Positions 10,393 through 22,650 of a DNA stretch of 64,000 bases are shown one piece after another. Under the pieces are notes generated by a model. That model made no database searches and was not told the DNA's origin. It saw only the letters and a list, made by a program, of their open reading frames with translations. A program made the position numbers and the translations under genes. Source of the DNA: Gilliamella sp. CRA003912. GTDB taxonomy: Bacteria; Pseudomonadota; Gammaproteobacteria; Enterobacterales; Orbaceae. Positions within the stretch are counted from its first letter, which is position 1, and each line of letters opens with the position of its first letter. The stretch spans positions 56,646 through 120,645 of the forward strand of contig JAVSBY010000013.1 in the NCBI GenBank assembly GCA_031960925.1. Reading direction: 5' to 3'.

Positions 10393-11955
10393 ATGTCAAT
10401 GTCTACATTTCAAACTTTACTTGGTCTTTTGGGATGCCATGGTGAGATCTCAGGGAACGATATTGATTTGAATCACTTACAAATTGACAGTCGAAAAGTT
10501 CAGTCAGGTGATGTCTTTGTTGCTTTGCAAGGTAGTGCGCTTGATGGACGAAATTTTATTCCACAAGCAATCGATTCGGGTGCACGTGCTGTTCTGGTTG
10601 AAACAACCCAAAAATCAAAACATTTAACTATTGATTACCGTGCGTCAAAAGCTGAGTCTATTCCATTGGTTTATGTTTTCAAATTGAATCAGCATTTGTC
10701 ACAGATAGCCAGTGACTATTATCAATCACCTTCGCAAAAATTATCGGTTATTGGCGTAACGGGAACCAATGGTAAAACGACAATTACTCAATTGCTAGGT
10801 CAATTATCCACATTATTGAATCAAAAGAGCGCGATTTTAGGTACGATAGGCAATGGTTTGTATAATCAGTTAAAACCATCAGAAAATACAACCTCATCGG
10901 CGATTGATATTCAAACTTATTTGGCTGATTTTGTTGAACAAGATGTAAAAACAGTTGCAATGGAAGTGTCATCACATGGCCTTGTGATGAATCGTGTTAG
11001 TGGAATACATTTTGCAGCGACTATTTTTACAAATTTGAGTCGTGATCATCTTGATTATCATAAAACGATGAGCAATTATGCAAAAGCAAAATGGTCGCTT
11101 TTTAGTCCGAATGAGAAAGAAAAGTTAGTTAAAAGTTCAGGTAAATCAATCATTAATTATGATGATAGATATGGCAAAAACTGGATAAAAAAACTTGATG
11201 CTAACAATGTGACCGTGGTATCGAGTCAGCCTAAAACATTAAGCGAACTGAAGTTACTTGGCATATCTTTTCTGGGCGCATCAATGATTGAATACCATGA
11301 TAAAGGGGCTATTATTCATGTGCAATCAACGTGGGGAAATGCCATCATAAATAGCCAGCTACTTGGTGAATTTAATGTCTCGAATCTTCTATTGGCATTA
11401 TCCACACTGTTAAGCTTGGGTTTTCCTTTTTTTGCGGTAATTAATATGGCCTCTTACTTGAAACCAATTTGTGGGCGAATGGACGTGTTACATACCGCAA
11501 GTCGCCCGATTGTCATTGTTGATTATGCACACACACCCGATGCGTTACAAAAAGCATTACAAGCCAGTCGTATTCATTGTAAAGGTCAGTTGTCGGTGGT
11601 ATTTGGTTGTGGCGGTGATAGAGATAGTGGTAAACGGCCCTTGATGGGTAAAATTGCTGAGCAGTATGCGGATAAAATTGTTTTGACAAATGATAATCCT
11701 AGAACAGAAAATGAAATCGATATTTTGAATGATATCAAACAAGGGTTAGCTAAAAGTGAGAATGTTCGAATAATTCCAGATAGGGCAAAAGCGATCGAAT
11801 ACGCTATTCAACAAGCGAAGGAAGGTGATGTGATTTTGATTGCAGGGAAAGGACACGAAGATTATCAAATCATCGGAAAAACCAAACACCACTATTCGGA
11901 TCAAGAAACGGTAAAAAATATTTTAGGAATAAATCATGATTCCACTACTTATTAA
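10393..11955 (+). CDS. murE: UDP-MurNAc-dipeptide:meso-DAP ligase
   Basis: VTGTNGKTT, MEVSSHGL, DYAHTPD and the DNPR mDAP-specificity motif. Start is uncertain among 10384, 10390, 10393 and 10399. Confidence 0.96.
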   Translation: MSMSTFQTLLGLLGCHGEISGNDIDLNHLQIDSRKVQSGDVFVALQGSALDGRNFIPQAIDSGARAVLVETTQKSKHLTIDYRASKAESIPLVYVFKLNQHLSQIASDYYQSPSQKLSVIGVTGTNGKTTITQLLGQLSTLLNQKSAILGTIGNGLYNQLKPSENTTSSAIDIQTYLADFVEQDVKTVAMEVSSHGLVMNRVSGIHFAATIFTNLSRDHLDYHKTMSNYAKAKWSLFSPNEKEKLVKSSGKSIINYDDRYGKNWIKKLDANNVTVVSSQPKTLSELKLLGISFLGASMIEYHDKGAIIHVQSTWGNAIINSQLLGEFNVSNLLLALSTLLSLGFPFFAVINMASYLKPICGRMDVLHTASRPIVIVDYAHTPDALQKALQASRIHCKGQLSVVFGCGGDRDSGKRPLMGKIAEQYADKIVLTNDNPRTENEIDILNDIKQGLAKSENVRIIPDRAKAIEYAIQQAKEGDVILIAGKGHEDYQIIGKTKHHYSDQETVKNILGINHDSTTY

Positions 11956-13303
11956 ACAGATAAGCGAACTGACTGACGGTCAGTGCTACTTCATAGCTGA
12001 TGATGAAATGACGATTAATGCAATTTGTACCGATTCGAGAAAAATCGAAAAAAACTCGATTTTTATTGCATTGATAGGGGATAATTTCGATGGACATCAA
12101 TTTGCCAAACAAGCGATTTTAGACGGCGCAGCCGCGGTTATTGTTGACCATAAAATCGCGGTTGATATTGCACAAATTGTTGTTAAAGATACGCGACAAG
12201 CGTTAGGTAAAATCGCGGCTTATGTGCGTCAGCAAATGTTGGCCAACGTTGTCGCTTTAACGGGATCGTCTGGCAAAACCTCTGTAAAAGAGATGACCGC
12301 GGCTATTTTACAGCAGTGTGGACAAACGCTTTATACACAAGGTAACTTTAACAACGATATTGGTGTGCCATTAACATTGTTTAGAATGACGGCAGAAGAT
12401 AAGTTTGCTGTTATCGAACTTGGTGCAAACCATATTGGCGAAATCAGTTACACAACGCAACTTGTTAAGCCCCAAAGTGCGTTGATCAATAATATTGCCG
12501 AAGCCCACATAGAAGGTTTTGGGTCTTTAGCCGGCGTTGCGCAAGCAAAAGGCGAAATTTTTAAAGGTTTACCTGATGATGGCATTGCCATCATTAATCT
12601 GGACAGTTTTTCAAAAGATTGGTACTTTTCACTCAACAAAAAAAAGGTTTGGACCTTTTCATTGAATAACCAACAGGCTGACTTTTACGCGACAGATGTT
12701 GATGAAAACAGTAATACACACTTTATATTACACACACCTAATGGACAAGTTGAAATCACATTACCGGTTATTGGATTACACAACGTGTCAAATGCGATTG
12801 CGGCCGGCGCATTAGCGATGTCTGTTGGCGCAACATTAAATGATATACAACAAGGTCTTAAAGATAGTAAACCTGTTAAGGGGCGACTTTTTCCAATCCG
12901 ATTAAATAAAAACCAACTGATTTTAGATGACAGTTATAATGCTAATATGGGATCTATGACTGCTGCAATCGATGTGTTAGCTAAGCAGTCCGGTTATAAA
13001 GTGCTTGTGGTTGGGGATATGGCTGAACTGGGTGATGAGTCGGAAAAATATCATCAACAAATTGGCGAGCTGGCCAAACAAGCGCAACTTGATTGTGTGG
13101 TCAGTATTGGCAAACTGAGTGAATGGGTCAGTAAGTTTAGTGGGATAGGTCATCATTTTCAAGATAAACAAGGTGCTGTTGATTTTTTATTAACTCTCTT
13201 AGATCAATATCCATGTTTAACTATGCTTGTAAAAGGTTCACGCAGTTCGAAAATGGAAGACCTCATTGAAGGAATTAAGATTAAACAACTCAAAATGAGT
13301 TAG
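11936..13303 (+). CDS. murF: UDP-MurNAc-tripeptide:D-Ala-D-Ala ligase
   Basis: [24 protein letters not shown] and KGSR motifs. Confidence 0.97.
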   Translation: MIPLLIKQISELTDGQCYFIADDEMTINAICTDSRKIEKNSIFIALIGDNFDGHQFAKQAILDGAAAVIVDHKIAVDIAQIVVKDTRQALGKIAAYVRQQMLANVVALTGSSGKTSVKEMTAAILQQCGQTLYTQGNFNNDIGVPLTLFRMTAEDKFAVIELGANHIGEISYTTQLVKPQSALINNIAEAHIEGFGSLAGVAQAKGEIFKGLPDDGIAIINLDSFSKDWYFSLNKKKVWTFSLNNQQADFYATDVDENSNTHFILHTPNGQVEITLPVIGLHNVSNAIAAGALAMSVGATLNDIQQGLKDSKPVKGRLFPIRLNKNQLILDDSYNANMGSMTAAIDVLAKQSGYKVLVVGDMAELGDESEKYHQQIGELAKQAQLDCVVSIGKLSEWVSKFSGIGHHFQDKQGAVDFLLTLLDQYPCLTMLVKGSRSSKMEDLIEGIKIKQLKMS

Positions 13304-13313
13304 GATTGAAATT

Positions 13314-14396
13314 ATGTTTTTTGCGATATCAGAATATTTAGTTAAATACTTTACCTTTTTTAACGTTGTTTCTTACTTAACAGTAAGGGCTATTTTCGGT
13401 CTGTTAACCGCGTTATTCATCTCATTATTCATGGGACAAAGAGTCATTGATTGGTTACAAAAATTACAAATTGGCCAAGTTGTGCGCCATGATGGCCCTG
13501 AATCTCATTTAAGCAAAAAGGGCACACCCACGATGGGAGGCAGCTTAATTTTAGCCTCGATTTCTATTTCTGTATTGCTATGGGCAAACCTGAAAAATCC
13601 TTATGTTTGGGTGACATTATTTGTCTTAATTGGTTATGGCATTGTTGGCTTTGCCGATGATTATTTGAAAGTGGTACGAAAAAATAGCGCAGGGTTAATT
13701 GCAAGGTGGAAGTATTTCTGGCAATCGGTTATTGCGCTTATCGTTGCTTTTGGACTTTATGCTTATGGTAAAGACAGTACTGTTACTGTACTTGTTTTGC
13801 CATTTTTTAAAGATGTTATGCCACAACTTGGATTAGGATTTATTTTACTGACCTATATTGTTGTGGTTGGATCGGGTAATGCAGTGAATCTAACTGATGG
13901 ATTAGACGGACTTGCTATTATGCCAACGGTCTTTGTTGCTGCTGGTTTTGCGCTGGTTTCATGGGCAACTGGCAATGTCAATTTTGCCGCGTATTTGCAT
14001 ATTCCTTATATTAAATTTAGTGGGGAATTAATGATTGTTTGTACCGCAATTATTGGTGCAGGACTCGGTTTCTTATGGTTCAACACTTATCCCGCTATGG
14101 TTTTTATGGGCGATGTTGGTTCACTTGCGTTAGGCGGTGTGTTAGGTATTATTTCTGTGCTTTTACGTCAGGAGTTTTTATTGCTTATTATGGGTGGCAT
14201 ATTTGTGGTGGAAACCCTATCGGTGATTTTGCAAGTTGGCTCATACAAACTTCGAGGAAAACGCATTTTCCGTATGGCGCCTATTCACCATCATTATGAA
14301 CTAAAAGGTTGGCCAGAGCCTCGTGTTATTGTTCGTTTTTGGATAATTTCACTGATGCTGGTGTTGATTGGTTTGTTGACGTTAAAATTACGTTAA
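13314..14396 (+). CDS. mraY: Phospho-N-acetylmuramoyl-pentapeptide transferase
   Basis: [21 protein letters not shown] and MAPIHHHYE motifs; polytopic membrane protein. Confidence 0.98.
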   Translation: MFFAISEYLVKYFTFFNVVSYLTVRAIFGLLTALFISLFMGQRVIDWLQKLQIGQVVRHDGPESHLSKKGTPTMGGSLILASISISVLLWANLKNPYVWVTLFVLIGYGIVGFADDYLKVVRKNSAGLIARWKYFWQSVIALIVAFGLYAYGKDSTVTVLVLPFFKDVMPQLGLGFILLTYIVVVGSGNAVNLTDGLDGLAIMPTVFVAAGFALVSWATGNVNFAAYLHIPYIKFSGELMIVCTAIIGAGLGFLWFNTYPAMVFMGDVGSLALGGVLGIISVLLRQEFLLLIMGGIFVVETLSVILQVGSYKLRGKRIFRMAPIHHHYELKGWPEPRVIVRFWIISLMLVLIGLLTLKLR

Positions 14397-14422
14397 TCGC
14401 ATTATTTTAGTAGGATCACATT

Positions 14423-15748
14423 ATGGTTAGCTATCAAGGAAAGAATATTGTTATCATTGGCTTAGGTGTTACAGGCCTTTCTTGTGTCGATTATTTTCTT
14501 TCACAAAACGTCATTCCAAAAGTTATCGATACACGTAGTGTGCCGTCAGGTCTTGATGCGCTTGATCCTCGCGTTCGTTACCATTTAGGTGGCTTAAATC
14601 TCGATTGGCTACTTGCCGCTGATTTAATTGTTGCAAGTCCGGGCGTTGCATTATTCACCCCTGAATTACAAAAAGCAGCAGAACAAGGTATCGAAATTAT
14701 TGGTGATATCGAGCTTTTCTGCCGTGAAGTGAATCAACAAAGTCACAAAAAAGTGGTTGCTATCACGGGGGCAAATGGTAAAACAACAGTAACCAGTTTA
14801 GTGGGTGAGATCATCCAATCAGCAGGAATTCATGTCGGTGTCGGTGGCAATATTGGTCAACCTGCATTAACTTTACTTAAACACGATTATGATGTTTATG
14901 TGCTGGAATTATCCAGTTTTCAATTGGAGACAACCTACAGTTTACATGCAACAGTTGCAACGATTCTCAATATTTCGCAAGATCACATGGATCGTTATCC
15001 ACAGGGATTCAAGTCGTATGTTGCAGCTAAACAGCGTATTTATAATAATGCCACCTACTGCGTTATTAATCAGGATGACGAATTAACGATTCCCTCTCAA
15101 ACAAGGTTTGATTCAACATCATTTGGATTAAATCACGGTGATTATCATTTAGATGGAAAATGTGATTACTTAGTCGCTAACGAAATGCCGGTTTTACAAA
15201 CTAACAAAATGCGATTAACGGGATGTCATAATTTTATCAATGCATTAGCTGCCTTGGCAATAGCTGATAAGCTTGACGTGCCAAGAAAAGACAGTTTACA
15301 AGCGATTGCCAATTTTAAAGGGTTACCTCATCGTTTTGAATTAATTTTGGAACGAAACAACGTTAAATGGATTAATGATTCCAAGGCGACTAATGTGGGG
15401 AGCACTGAGGCGGCTTTAAAGAGTGTCATTTGTGAAGGGAAACTGTTTTTATTATTAGGTGGCGATGGTAAAGCTGCAGACTTTACCCCCTTGATTCCTT
15501 ATTTGCAAAATAGAAATATCGAAATATTTTGCTTTGGTCAAGATAGACTAAAACTGGCGCAATTAATGCCAACTATGACAACCATCACAGAGACATTGAA
15601 TCAAGCTATGCAAATTATATCAACTAAAACCAGTGCAGGGGACATTGTATTGCTGTCACCGGCATGCGCGAGTTTAGATCAGTTTAAAAATTATATTGAA
15701 CGCGGTAATGTATTTGCCCAATTGGCTGAGCAATTAACTCAGTTGTAA
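14423..15748 (+). CDS. murD: UDP-MurNAc-L-Ala:D-Glu ligase
   Basis: [24 protein letters not shown] and [11 protein letters not shown] motifs. Confidence 0.97.
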   Translation: MVSYQGKNIVIIGLGVTGLSCVDYFLSQNVIPKVIDTRSVPSGLDALDPRVRYHLGGLNLDWLLAADLIVASPGVALFTPELQKAAEQGIEIIGDIELFCREVNQQSHKKVVAITGANGKTTVTSLVGEIIQSAGIHVGVGGNIGQPALTLLKHDYDVYVLELSSFQLETTYSLHATVATILNISQDHMDRYPQGFKSYVAAKQRIYNNATYCVINQDDELTIPSQTRFDSTSFGLNHGDYHLDGKCDYLVANEMPVLQTNKMRLTGCHNFINALAALAIADKLDVPRKDSLQAIANFKGLPHRFELILERNNVKWINDSKATNVGSTEAALKSVICEGKLFLLLGGDGKAADFTPLIPYLQNRNIEIFCFGQDRLKLAQLMPTMTTITETLNQAMQIISTKTSAGDIVLLSPACASLDQFKNYIERGNVFAQLAEQLTQL

Positions 15749-15765
15749 GTGAAGGATATCGGTTA

Positions 15766-16917
15766 ATGAATCTATTTTGGATAAAAAAACACGTCAACCC
15801 GCACATGCCATTTGATAATGATCTTCTTTGGACCGTGTTCGGATTAATTGTTATTGGTGTGACCATGGTAACGTCAGCATCAATGTCCCTCAGTGAAACC
15901 AACCCGTTCTTTTATACTCAGCGTGAATTAATTCAATTAGGTTTGTCGTTATTTCTGATGCTGTTGACTCTCTATGTTCCAATGAAACGCTGGCAACAAT
16001 TTGCAACAGCGTTGTTGATTATTGCGATTATCATGTTAGGGGCAGTATTGTTAGTTGGCTCATCAATTAATGGGGCTTCTCGCTGGATTCCTTTAGGGCT
16101 TTTTAACTTTCAACCTGCGGAATTATCCAAGCTGGCTTTATTTTGTTTTTTAGCCAGCTATCTAGTCCGAAAATCGGATGAAGTTCAAAATGGGTTTTGG
16201 GGCTTTTGTAAGCCGATGGTTATCATGGCCGTTTTATCCGTGTTGCTTTTACTACAGCCTGATTTAGGAACGGTTATTGTTCTGTTTATGGTGACAATTG
16301 GTATTTTATTTATAGCGGGCGCTAAATTATGGCAATTCATTGCCATTTTGTTAGTTGGCGGCGGCGCAGTTACTAGCTTAATTTTATTTGAATCTTACCG
16401 CTTAACGCGATTATTGACGTTTCTTGACCCTTGGAAAGATCCGACAGGTTCTGGTTATCAGTTAACCACATCGCTAATGGCAATTGGTAACGGTGGATTA
16501 CTCGGCCAAGGATTAGGTAATTCAGTTCGAAAACTGGGTTACTTACCAGAGTCACATACCGATTTTATTTTCTCGATTATTGCTGAAGAACTCGGCTATA
16601 TTGGGGTAATTGCGATATTGTTATTGCTATTTTTCTTAACATTTAAAGCACTTGCTATTGGTTATCGTGCATTGAATGTCGGCTTACAATTTTCAGGTTA
16701 CTTCGCTTGTGAAATTGGAATTTGGTTTGGATTTCAAACGTTTGTTAATGTCGGCGTTACATCAGGCATGTTACCAACAAAAGGGTTAACATTGCCTTTT
16801 ATTAGTTATGGTGGTTCAAGCTTGATTATCATGAGTATTGCGATAGCCATATTGCTTAGAATCGATTTTGAGTTTAGACAAGAGCTCGCACAAGCAAGGA
16901 TTAGATTAGTAAAATGA
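15766..16917 (+). CDS. ftsW: Peptidoglycan glycosyltransferase FtsW (SEDS family)
   Basis: [24 protein letters not shown] and [10 protein letters not shown] motifs. Confidence 0.97.
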   Translation: MNLFWIKKHVNPHMPFDNDLLWTVFGLIVIGVTMVTSASMSLSETNPFFYTQRELIQLGLSLFLMLLTLYVPMKRWQQFATALLIIAIIMLGAVLLVGSSINGASRWIPLGLFNFQPAELSKLALFCFLASYLVRKSDEVQNGFWGFCKPMVIMAVLSVLLLLQPDLGTVIVLFMVTIGILFIAGAKLWQFIAILLVGGGAVTSLILFESYRLTRLLTFLDPWKDPTGSGYQLTTSLMAIGNGGLLGQGLGNSVRKLGYLPESHTDFIFSIIAEELGYIGVIAILLLLFFLTFKALAIGYRALNVGLQFSGYFACEIGIWFGFQTFVNVGVTSGMLPTKGLTLPFISYGGSSLIIMSIAIAILLRIDFEFRQELAQARIRLVK

Positions 16918-17969
16918 CAAAAAAACTATTGATTATGGCAGGCGGCACTGGGGGGCATGTTTTCCCGGGTATTGCTGTTGCCCACTATTTAATGAAACAA
17001 GGTTGGCAAGTTAAATGGCTTGGCACGGCTGATCGTATGGAAGCGCAGTTAGTTCCTGAAAATGGAATTGATATTGATTTTATCCAAATTTCAGGGTTGC
17101 GAGGTAAAGGTATTTTAGCGCTGTTAAAAGCACCTTTTCGGATTGGTAAAGCCATTTTGCAAGCCAGAAAAATAGTCAAATCTTATCAGCCAGACGTTGT
17201 ATTGGGAATGGGCGGCTATGTTTCAGGCCCCGGTGGCATTGCTGCAAAATTACTCGGTATTCCAGTTGTTTTACATGAGCAAAATGGTGTGGCAGGTTTA
17301 ACCAATAAGTGGCTTGCTAAAATAGCAACAAAAGTGTTGCAGGCTTTCCCTTCGGCGTTTCCAAATGCGGAAGTGGTTGGTAATCCTGTGCGTGATGATT
17401 TATTAACATTGGCACAGCCGCAAGAACGTTTTAAAGATCGCCATGGTCCAATTAGAATATTGGTCATGGGGGGAAGTCAAGGTGCTAAAAAGCTTAATGA
17501 AGTAATCCCACAAGTAATGACAAAATTGTCCGGGCAATGCGTAGTTCGGCATCAGACAGGCAAGGGCATGTTAGATAGTGTGATGGAATCGTATAAATAT
17601 TGTGATATGACAGACAATAAAGTCACCGAATTCATTTCCGATGTTGCAAGCGCTTACAACTGGGCTGATATCGTGATCTGTCGCAGTGGCGCTTTGACTG
17701 TCAGTGAAATTCAAGTGGTTGGCATTGGCGCTATCTTCGTGCCATTTATGCATAAAGATCGCCAGCAGTATTGGAATGCCAAGCCATTAGAAGATATTGG
17801 AGCAGCTGAAATTATTGAACAACCGCATTTTGATGTTGATAGCTTATTTAATTTATTGCAACCGCTTGATCGCCAAACATTATGCCAAATGGCGACAAAA
17901 GCCAAAACTTTATCCATTGAAAATTCAACAGAAAGGGTAGCGGAAGTACTCAATACAGTGATAAAATGA
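16914..17969 (+). CDS. murG: Lipid I N-acetylglucosaminyltransferase
   Basis: [20 protein letters not shown] and [10 protein letters not shown] motifs. Confidence 0.98.
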   Translation: MTKKLLIMAGGTGGHVFPGIAVAHYLMKQGWQVKWLGTADRMEAQLVPENGIDIDFIQISGLRGKGILALLKAPFRIGKAILQARKIVKSYQPDVVLGMGGYVSGPGGIAAKLLGIPVVLHEQNGVAGLTNKWLAKIATKVLQAFPSAFPNAEVVGNPVRDDLLTLAQPQERFKDRHGPIRILVMGGSQGAKKLNEVIPQVMTKLSGQCVVRHQTGKGMLDSVMESYKYCDMTDNKVTEFISDVASAYNWADIVICRSGALTVSEIQVVGIGAIFVPFMHKDRQQYWNAKPLEDIGAAEIIEQPHFDVDSLFNLLQPLDRQTLCQMATKAKTLSIENSTERVAEVLNTVIK

Positions 17970-18085
17970 GCGATTTTGTGTAACTTCCTGTCGCTAAGGG
18001 AGTGTGAGTAATTTTTTGAAAATAAATGAATGAAAAGCTATGCACAGAGAGACTAAAGGATAGCTTAATCATTAGGAGTCATGTT

Positions 18086-19534
18086 GTGAAGGCAAAGAAA
18101 TTAGCAGAATTAAGGGCAATCATTCCTGAAATGAAACGTGTCAAACATATCCATTTTGTTGGTATTGGTGGCGCAGGAATGGGAGGCATTGCTGAAGTTC
18201 TTGTTAATGAAGGGTATGTTATTAGTGGTTCTGATATTGCCGAAAATCCGGTAACACAGCACTTAGCTGAACTTGGTGCTAATATTGTTATTGGGCATGC
18301 AGCAGAAAATGTTATTGATGCCAGTGTGGTTGTTATTTCGTCGGCAATATCCCAAGATAATATTGAAGTTATTGCTGCGCGAGAAGCGAGAATTCCGGTC
18401 ATCCAACGTGCTGAAATGCTAGCTGAATTGATGCGTTTTAGGTATGGTATTGCTATTGCAGGTACACATGGCAAGACAACGACAACAGCGATGGTTACAG
18501 CAATATATGCCGAAGCTAAGCTAGATCCAACATTTGTTAATGGTGGGTTAGTTAAAGCAGCAGGTACCCATGCTTGCTTAGGGAGTAGCCGCTATTTTAT
18601 CGCTGAAGCCGATGAGAGTGATGCTTCCTTTTTACATCTACAGCCAATGGTGTCTATTGTGACCAATATTGAAGCTGATCATATGGATACTTATCAGGGC
18701 AATATTGATAACCTCAAACAAACGTTTATCACATTTTTGCGTAATTTACCTTTTTATGGTTTAGCAATAATGTGTTATGACGATCCGATCAATCGTGAGT
18801 TATTGCCTATTGTTGGCCGAAAAATTATCACCTATGGCTTTAGTGATGAAGCTGATGTGGTTATCAAAAATTATCGCCAAGAAGCAGGAATCAGCTATTA
18901 CACGGTATGTCGTCCTGGACTGACAGATTTGCACATCGAATTAAATGCACCGGGTCGGCACAATGCCCTTAATTCAGCCGCAGCAATTATAGCTGCAACA
19001 GAAGATGGCATTGATGATAAATCAATTATTAATGCGTTGGCCAAATTTGCTGGAACGAGTCGACGTTTTGATTTTATGGGCATTTTCCCTCATCGTGATG
19101 GGGGAGATGTTATGCTGGTCGATGATTACGGACATCACCCAAGTGAAGTTAATGCGACGATTCAAGCTGCAAAAAATGGGTGGCCAGATCGCCGATTAGT
19201 GATGCTTTTCCAACCTCATCGATATACGCGAACACGTGATCTTTTCGATGATTTTGCTCAAGTATTATCTCAAGTTGATAGCTTATTAATGTTAGATGTT
19301 TATTCTGCTGGAGAATCGCCAATAACGGGTGCAGACAGCCGCTCTTTGTGTCGTTCAATACGTAATCGAGGCGTTGTTGATCCTATTTATGTTTCTGATA
19401 TAGATATGCTGCCCGACATTATTTCACAAGTTTTGCAAAGTGGCGATTTACTGTTAACTCAAGGTGCCGGTAGCGTTGGTCGTATTGCGCATCAGCTCGC
19501 CAAGGCTCAATTATATTCAAAAGGGGATAAATAA
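18086..19534 (+). CDS. murC: UDP-MurNAc:L-Ala ligase
   Basis: [25 protein letters not shown] and DDYGHHP motifs. Start placed at GTG 18086 behind AGGAG (18074-18078). Confidence 0.97.
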   Translation: MKAKKLAELRAIIPEMKRVKHIHFVGIGGAGMGGIAEVLVNEGYVISGSDIAENPVTQHLAELGANIVIGHAAENVIDASVVVISSAISQDNIEVIAAREARIPVIQRAEMLAELMRFRYGIAIAGTHGKTTTTAMVTAIYAEAKLDPTFVNGGLVKAAGTHACLGSSRYFIAEADESDASFLHLQPMVSIVTNIEADHMDTYQGNIDNLKQTFITFLRNLPFYGLAIMCYDDPINRELLPIVGRKIITYGFSDEADVVIKNYRQEAGISYYTVCRPGLTDLHIELNAPGRHNALNSAAAIIAATEDGIDDKSIINALAKFAGTSRRFDFMGIFPHRDGGDVMLVDDYGHHPSEVNATIQAAKNGWPDRRLVMLFQPHRYTRTRDLFDDFAQVLSQVDSLLMLDVYSAGESPITGADSRSLCRSIRNRGVVDPIYVSDIDMLPDIISQVLQSGDLLLTQGAGSVGRIAHQLAKAQLYSKGDK

Positions 19535-20442
19535 TGGCGGATAAAGTTGCGGTTTTGTTCGGTGGCACATCGGCGGAACGAGAGGTTTCACTTAAATCAG
19601 GAAAAGCGGTTTTAGCCGGGCTCCTAGCCGGCGGTATTGATGCGCATCCGATTGATACTAAGTCCTATCCTATTACTCAGCTAAAACAAGATGGGTTTAC
19701 CAAAGCGTTTGTTATTCTACACGGCCGAGGTGGTGAAGATGGTATTGCACAAGCCATTTTGACCTATCAAAATATTCCATATACAGGTAGTGATGTATTA
19801 GCTTCTGCATTAACTATGGATAAATTGAAAACCAAATTAGTTTGGAAATCATTAGGATTGCCTGTTGCCAATTATGTTATGATTGAAAAATTGCAGCCAA
19901 TCGATCCTAAAGCAATTGTTGAAAAACTCGGTTTGCCATTATTTGTTAAACCTAGTCATGAAGGATCGAGTGTTGGTATGACAAGAGTTAATCAATTGTC
20001 AGAACTTAAAGCAGCAATTGATGTTGCATTTCAATATGATAACGCGATCATGGTCGAATCATTTTTATCGGGTGCAGAATTCACCGTTGGGATTGTTGGT
20101 GATCAAGTCTTACCTGCGATTTATATCAAACCAACTACCGAGTTTTATGATTACAATGCCAAGTATATTTCTAATGAAACCCAATATTTTTGCCCAAGTG
20201 GTTTAGATGATAAAAAAGAGCAACAAATCAGAAAGTTGGCTTTTGATGCATATAAAGCGGTTGGTTGTCGTGGTTGGGGACGGGTTGATATTATGTTTGA
20301 TGATAAACAAAACCCACATTTGCTTGAAGTCAATACAGCGCCGGGGATGACTGATCACAGTTTAGTACCAATGGCTGCAAAGCAGCATGGATGGTCATTT
20401 AGTGAGCTTGTTTGTCGCATATTACAGTCCGCCAGTATATAG
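19534..20442 (+). CDS. ddlB: D-alanine--D-alanine ligase
   Basis: GGTSAEREVSL, LHGRGGEDG, EGSSVG and LEVNTAPGMT motifs. Confidence 0.97.
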   Translation: MADKVAVLFGGTSAEREVSLKSGKAVLAGLLAGGIDAHPIDTKSYPITQLKQDGFTKAFVILHGRGGEDGIAQAILTYQNIPYTGSDVLASALTMDKLKTKLVWKSLGLPVANYVMIEKLQPIDPKAIVEKLGLPLFVKPSHEGSSVGMTRVNQLSELKAAIDVAFQYDNAIMVESFLSGAEFTVGIVGDQVLPAIYIKPTTEFYDYNAKYISNETQYFCPSGLDDKKEQQIRKLAFDAYKAVGCRGWGRVDIMFDDKQNPHLLEVNTAPGMTDHSLVPMAAKQHGWSFSELVCRILQSASI

Positions 20443-20457
20443 TACCATGGTTTTTTT

Positions 20458-21303
20458 ATGAAAAAAGCGCGTCAAGCAGCACATAGAAGAGAAATAAAGC
20501 AGAAGCGAAAATTGTTTATTTTTCGTGATGCAGAGCAGATCTTAGGATTTATTTTTTTTATTTTGATTATCTATGTTAGCATTTGGATTGTAGAAAGTGT
20601 GAAAGATTGGATGGACGATCCGGAAAGGGTGGTGTTGTCACAATTAACCTTGACTGGTGAACATCCTGTAACTACCGAAGAAGATATCCGTAATGCTATC
20701 TTAGGATTAGGGCTGCCAAATACTTATATTGCTCAAGATGTTGATGATATCCAGCAAGAAGTGATGCGACTACCGTGGATTAAACATGCCAGTGTTCGAA
20801 AGCAGTGGCCAGACAGATTGATTGTTGATATTAAAGAATATACACCTGCATTTTACTGGAATGATCTCTTCTTACTGGATAAAAATGGCGATGTGTTTAG
20901 TGTTCCACTTGACCGCATAACCAATACAGAATTACCAAGGCTTTATGGCCCAGAAGGCAAACAAAAATCAGTACTAGATTCCTATCGTAAATTAGATGAG
21001 ATATCTAGAAAGTTAGCAAGTAGCCAGTTAACACTTCATATTCAAGCAGCGATTGTTGATGAACGTAATGCATGGCAACTGATGGTAAAACAATGTGTAA
21101 CCGGATTTTGTCTTGAAAATCAGGACATAAAATTAATATTAGGTAGTGAAGATGTCGAAAGACATTATAAACAATTTATAAAATTATTTCCTGAAATACA
21201 GATAAGAATGCCTGCAAATGAGCGTATAATGGTTGCAGATTTACGTTATGAGAATGGCATATCAGTACAAAGAGAAAAAGTGATTCAACAAGGTATAAAT
21301 TGA
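20458..21303 (+). CDS. ftsQ: Cell division protein FtsQ
   Basis: TM segment, POTRA domain (LPWIKHASVRKQWPD) and C-terminal DLRY; lies between ddl and ftsA. Confidence 0.93.
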   Translation: MKKARQAAHRREIKQKRKLFIFRDAEQILGFIFFILIIYVSIWIVESVKDWMDDPERVVLSQLTLTGEHPVTTEEDIRNAILGLGLPNTYIAQDVDDIQQEVMRLPWIKHASVRKQWPDRLIVDIKEYTPAFYWNDLFLLDKNGDVFSVPLDRITNTELPRLYGPEGKQKSVLDSYRKLDEISRKLASSQLTLHIQAAIVDERNAWQLMVKQCVTGFCLENQDIKLILGSEDVERHYKQFIKLFPEIQIRMPANERIMVADLRYENGISVQREKVIQQGIN

Positions 21304-21315
21304 GGCTGAAGAAGT

Positions 21316-22569
21316 ATGAAAGCAACAGAAAAAAAGTTGGTGGTTGGACTCGAAGTTGGTACATCCAAAGTGCTTGCTCTTGTTGGCGAAGTGCTTCCTG
21401 ATGGTATTGTCAATATCATCGGCGTAGGTCACTGTCCATCACGCGGCGTTGACAAAGGCGGTGTAAATGATCTTGAATCAGTTGTTAAGTCTATTCAACG
21501 AGCAATTGATCAAGCCGAATTAATGGCTGATTGTCAAATATCTTCAGTTTATTTGAGTTTGTCAGGAAAACACATACGTTGTCAAAACGAAATAGGGATG
21601 GTGCCCATTTCCGAAGAAGAAGTGTCAGCAGAAGACGTAGACAATGTGGTGCACACAGCAAAATCAGTTCGAATCATGGATGAACACCGCATTTTGCATG
21701 TCATTGCGCAAGAATATTCGATAGATTTGCAAGAAGGTATCAAAAATCCGATTGGTTTGTCCGGTGTTCGGATGAAAGCAAAAGTCCATTTAGTCACCTG
21801 CCACAATGATATGGCTAAGAATATTGTCAAAGCTGTAGAGCGATGTGGATTAAAAGTCGATCAGCTTATTTTTTCTGGATTAGCATCAAGTTATGCAGTG
21901 CTAACCGATGATGAAAAAGAATTAGGTGTTTGTGTGATTGATATGGGCGGAGGCACCATGGATGTCGCCGTTTATACTGGTGGCGCATTACGTCATTCTG
22001 TCGTTATCCCTTATGCAGGCAACGTCGTTACCAGTGATATTGCGTATGCGTTTGGTGCGCCACCGACAGATGCAGAAAATATTAAAATTCGTTATGGCTG
22101 TGCAGTTGGATCTTTGGTTGGCAAAGATGAAGTGATTAACGTGCCTAGTGTCGGTGGAAGGCCATCACGATCATTACAACGGCAAACCTTAGCGGATGTT
22201 ATTGAGCCGCGTTATTCAGAGTTATTATCTCTTGTGGAGAAAGAGTTGCTTGTTTTGCAAGAAGAATTAAAAAAGCAAAATGTCAAATATCAGTTAGCGG
22301 CAGGTATTGTACTAACCGGCGGTGCATCACAGATAAAAGGCATGGTTGAATGTGCCGAAAAAGTGTTTCAAAATCAAGTACGTGTTGGTCAACCATTGAA
22401 TATTTCGGGACTAACCGATTACGTACAAAAACCTTATTGTTCAACAGCCGTTGGGCTTTTGCATTATGGAAAACAAAGTTTATTAAATGATGACTCAAAA
22501 GAGAGAGATAAATCATCATTAAAAGGGATAGCAAAACGATTGACAGGTTGGTTTAAAAAAGAGTTTTAG
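21316..22569 (+). CDS. ftsA: Cell division protein FtsA
   Basis: Actin-like fold (GLEVGTSKV, DMGGGT, LTGGAS); C-terminal amphipathic WFKKEF. Confidence 0.98.
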   Translation: MKATEKKLVVGLEVGTSKVLALVGEVLPDGIVNIIGVGHCPSRGVDKGGVNDLESVVKSIQRAIDQAELMADCQISSVYLSLSGKHIRCQNEIGMVPISEEEVSAEDVDNVVHTAKSVRIMDEHRILHVIAQEYSIDLQEGIKNPIGLSGVRMKAKVHLVTCHNDMAKNIVKAVERCGLKVDQLIFSGLASSYAVLTDDEKELGVCVIDMGGGTMDVAVYTGGALRHSVVIPYAGNVVTSDIAYAFGAPPTDAENIKIRYGCAVGSLVGKDEVINVPSVGGRPSRSLQRQTLADVIEPRYSELLSLVEKELLVLQEELKKQNVKYQLAAGIVLTGGASQIKGMVECAEKVFQNQVRVGQPLNISGLTDYVQKPYCSTAVGLLHYGKQSLLNDDSKERDKSSLKGIAKRLTGWFKKEF

Positions 22570-22650
22570 CTAATATATTTTGTGAACTTCATGGACATTG
22601 TAGGTGCTTATCTGTACAATGTGCAGAGAGCGTAAATTTGGAGATTAGTT

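Noticed and set aside
11090..11290. Short insertions making MurE longer than the E. coli enzyme
   Set aside because: All catalytic and DNPR motifs are intact; probably surface-loop variation.
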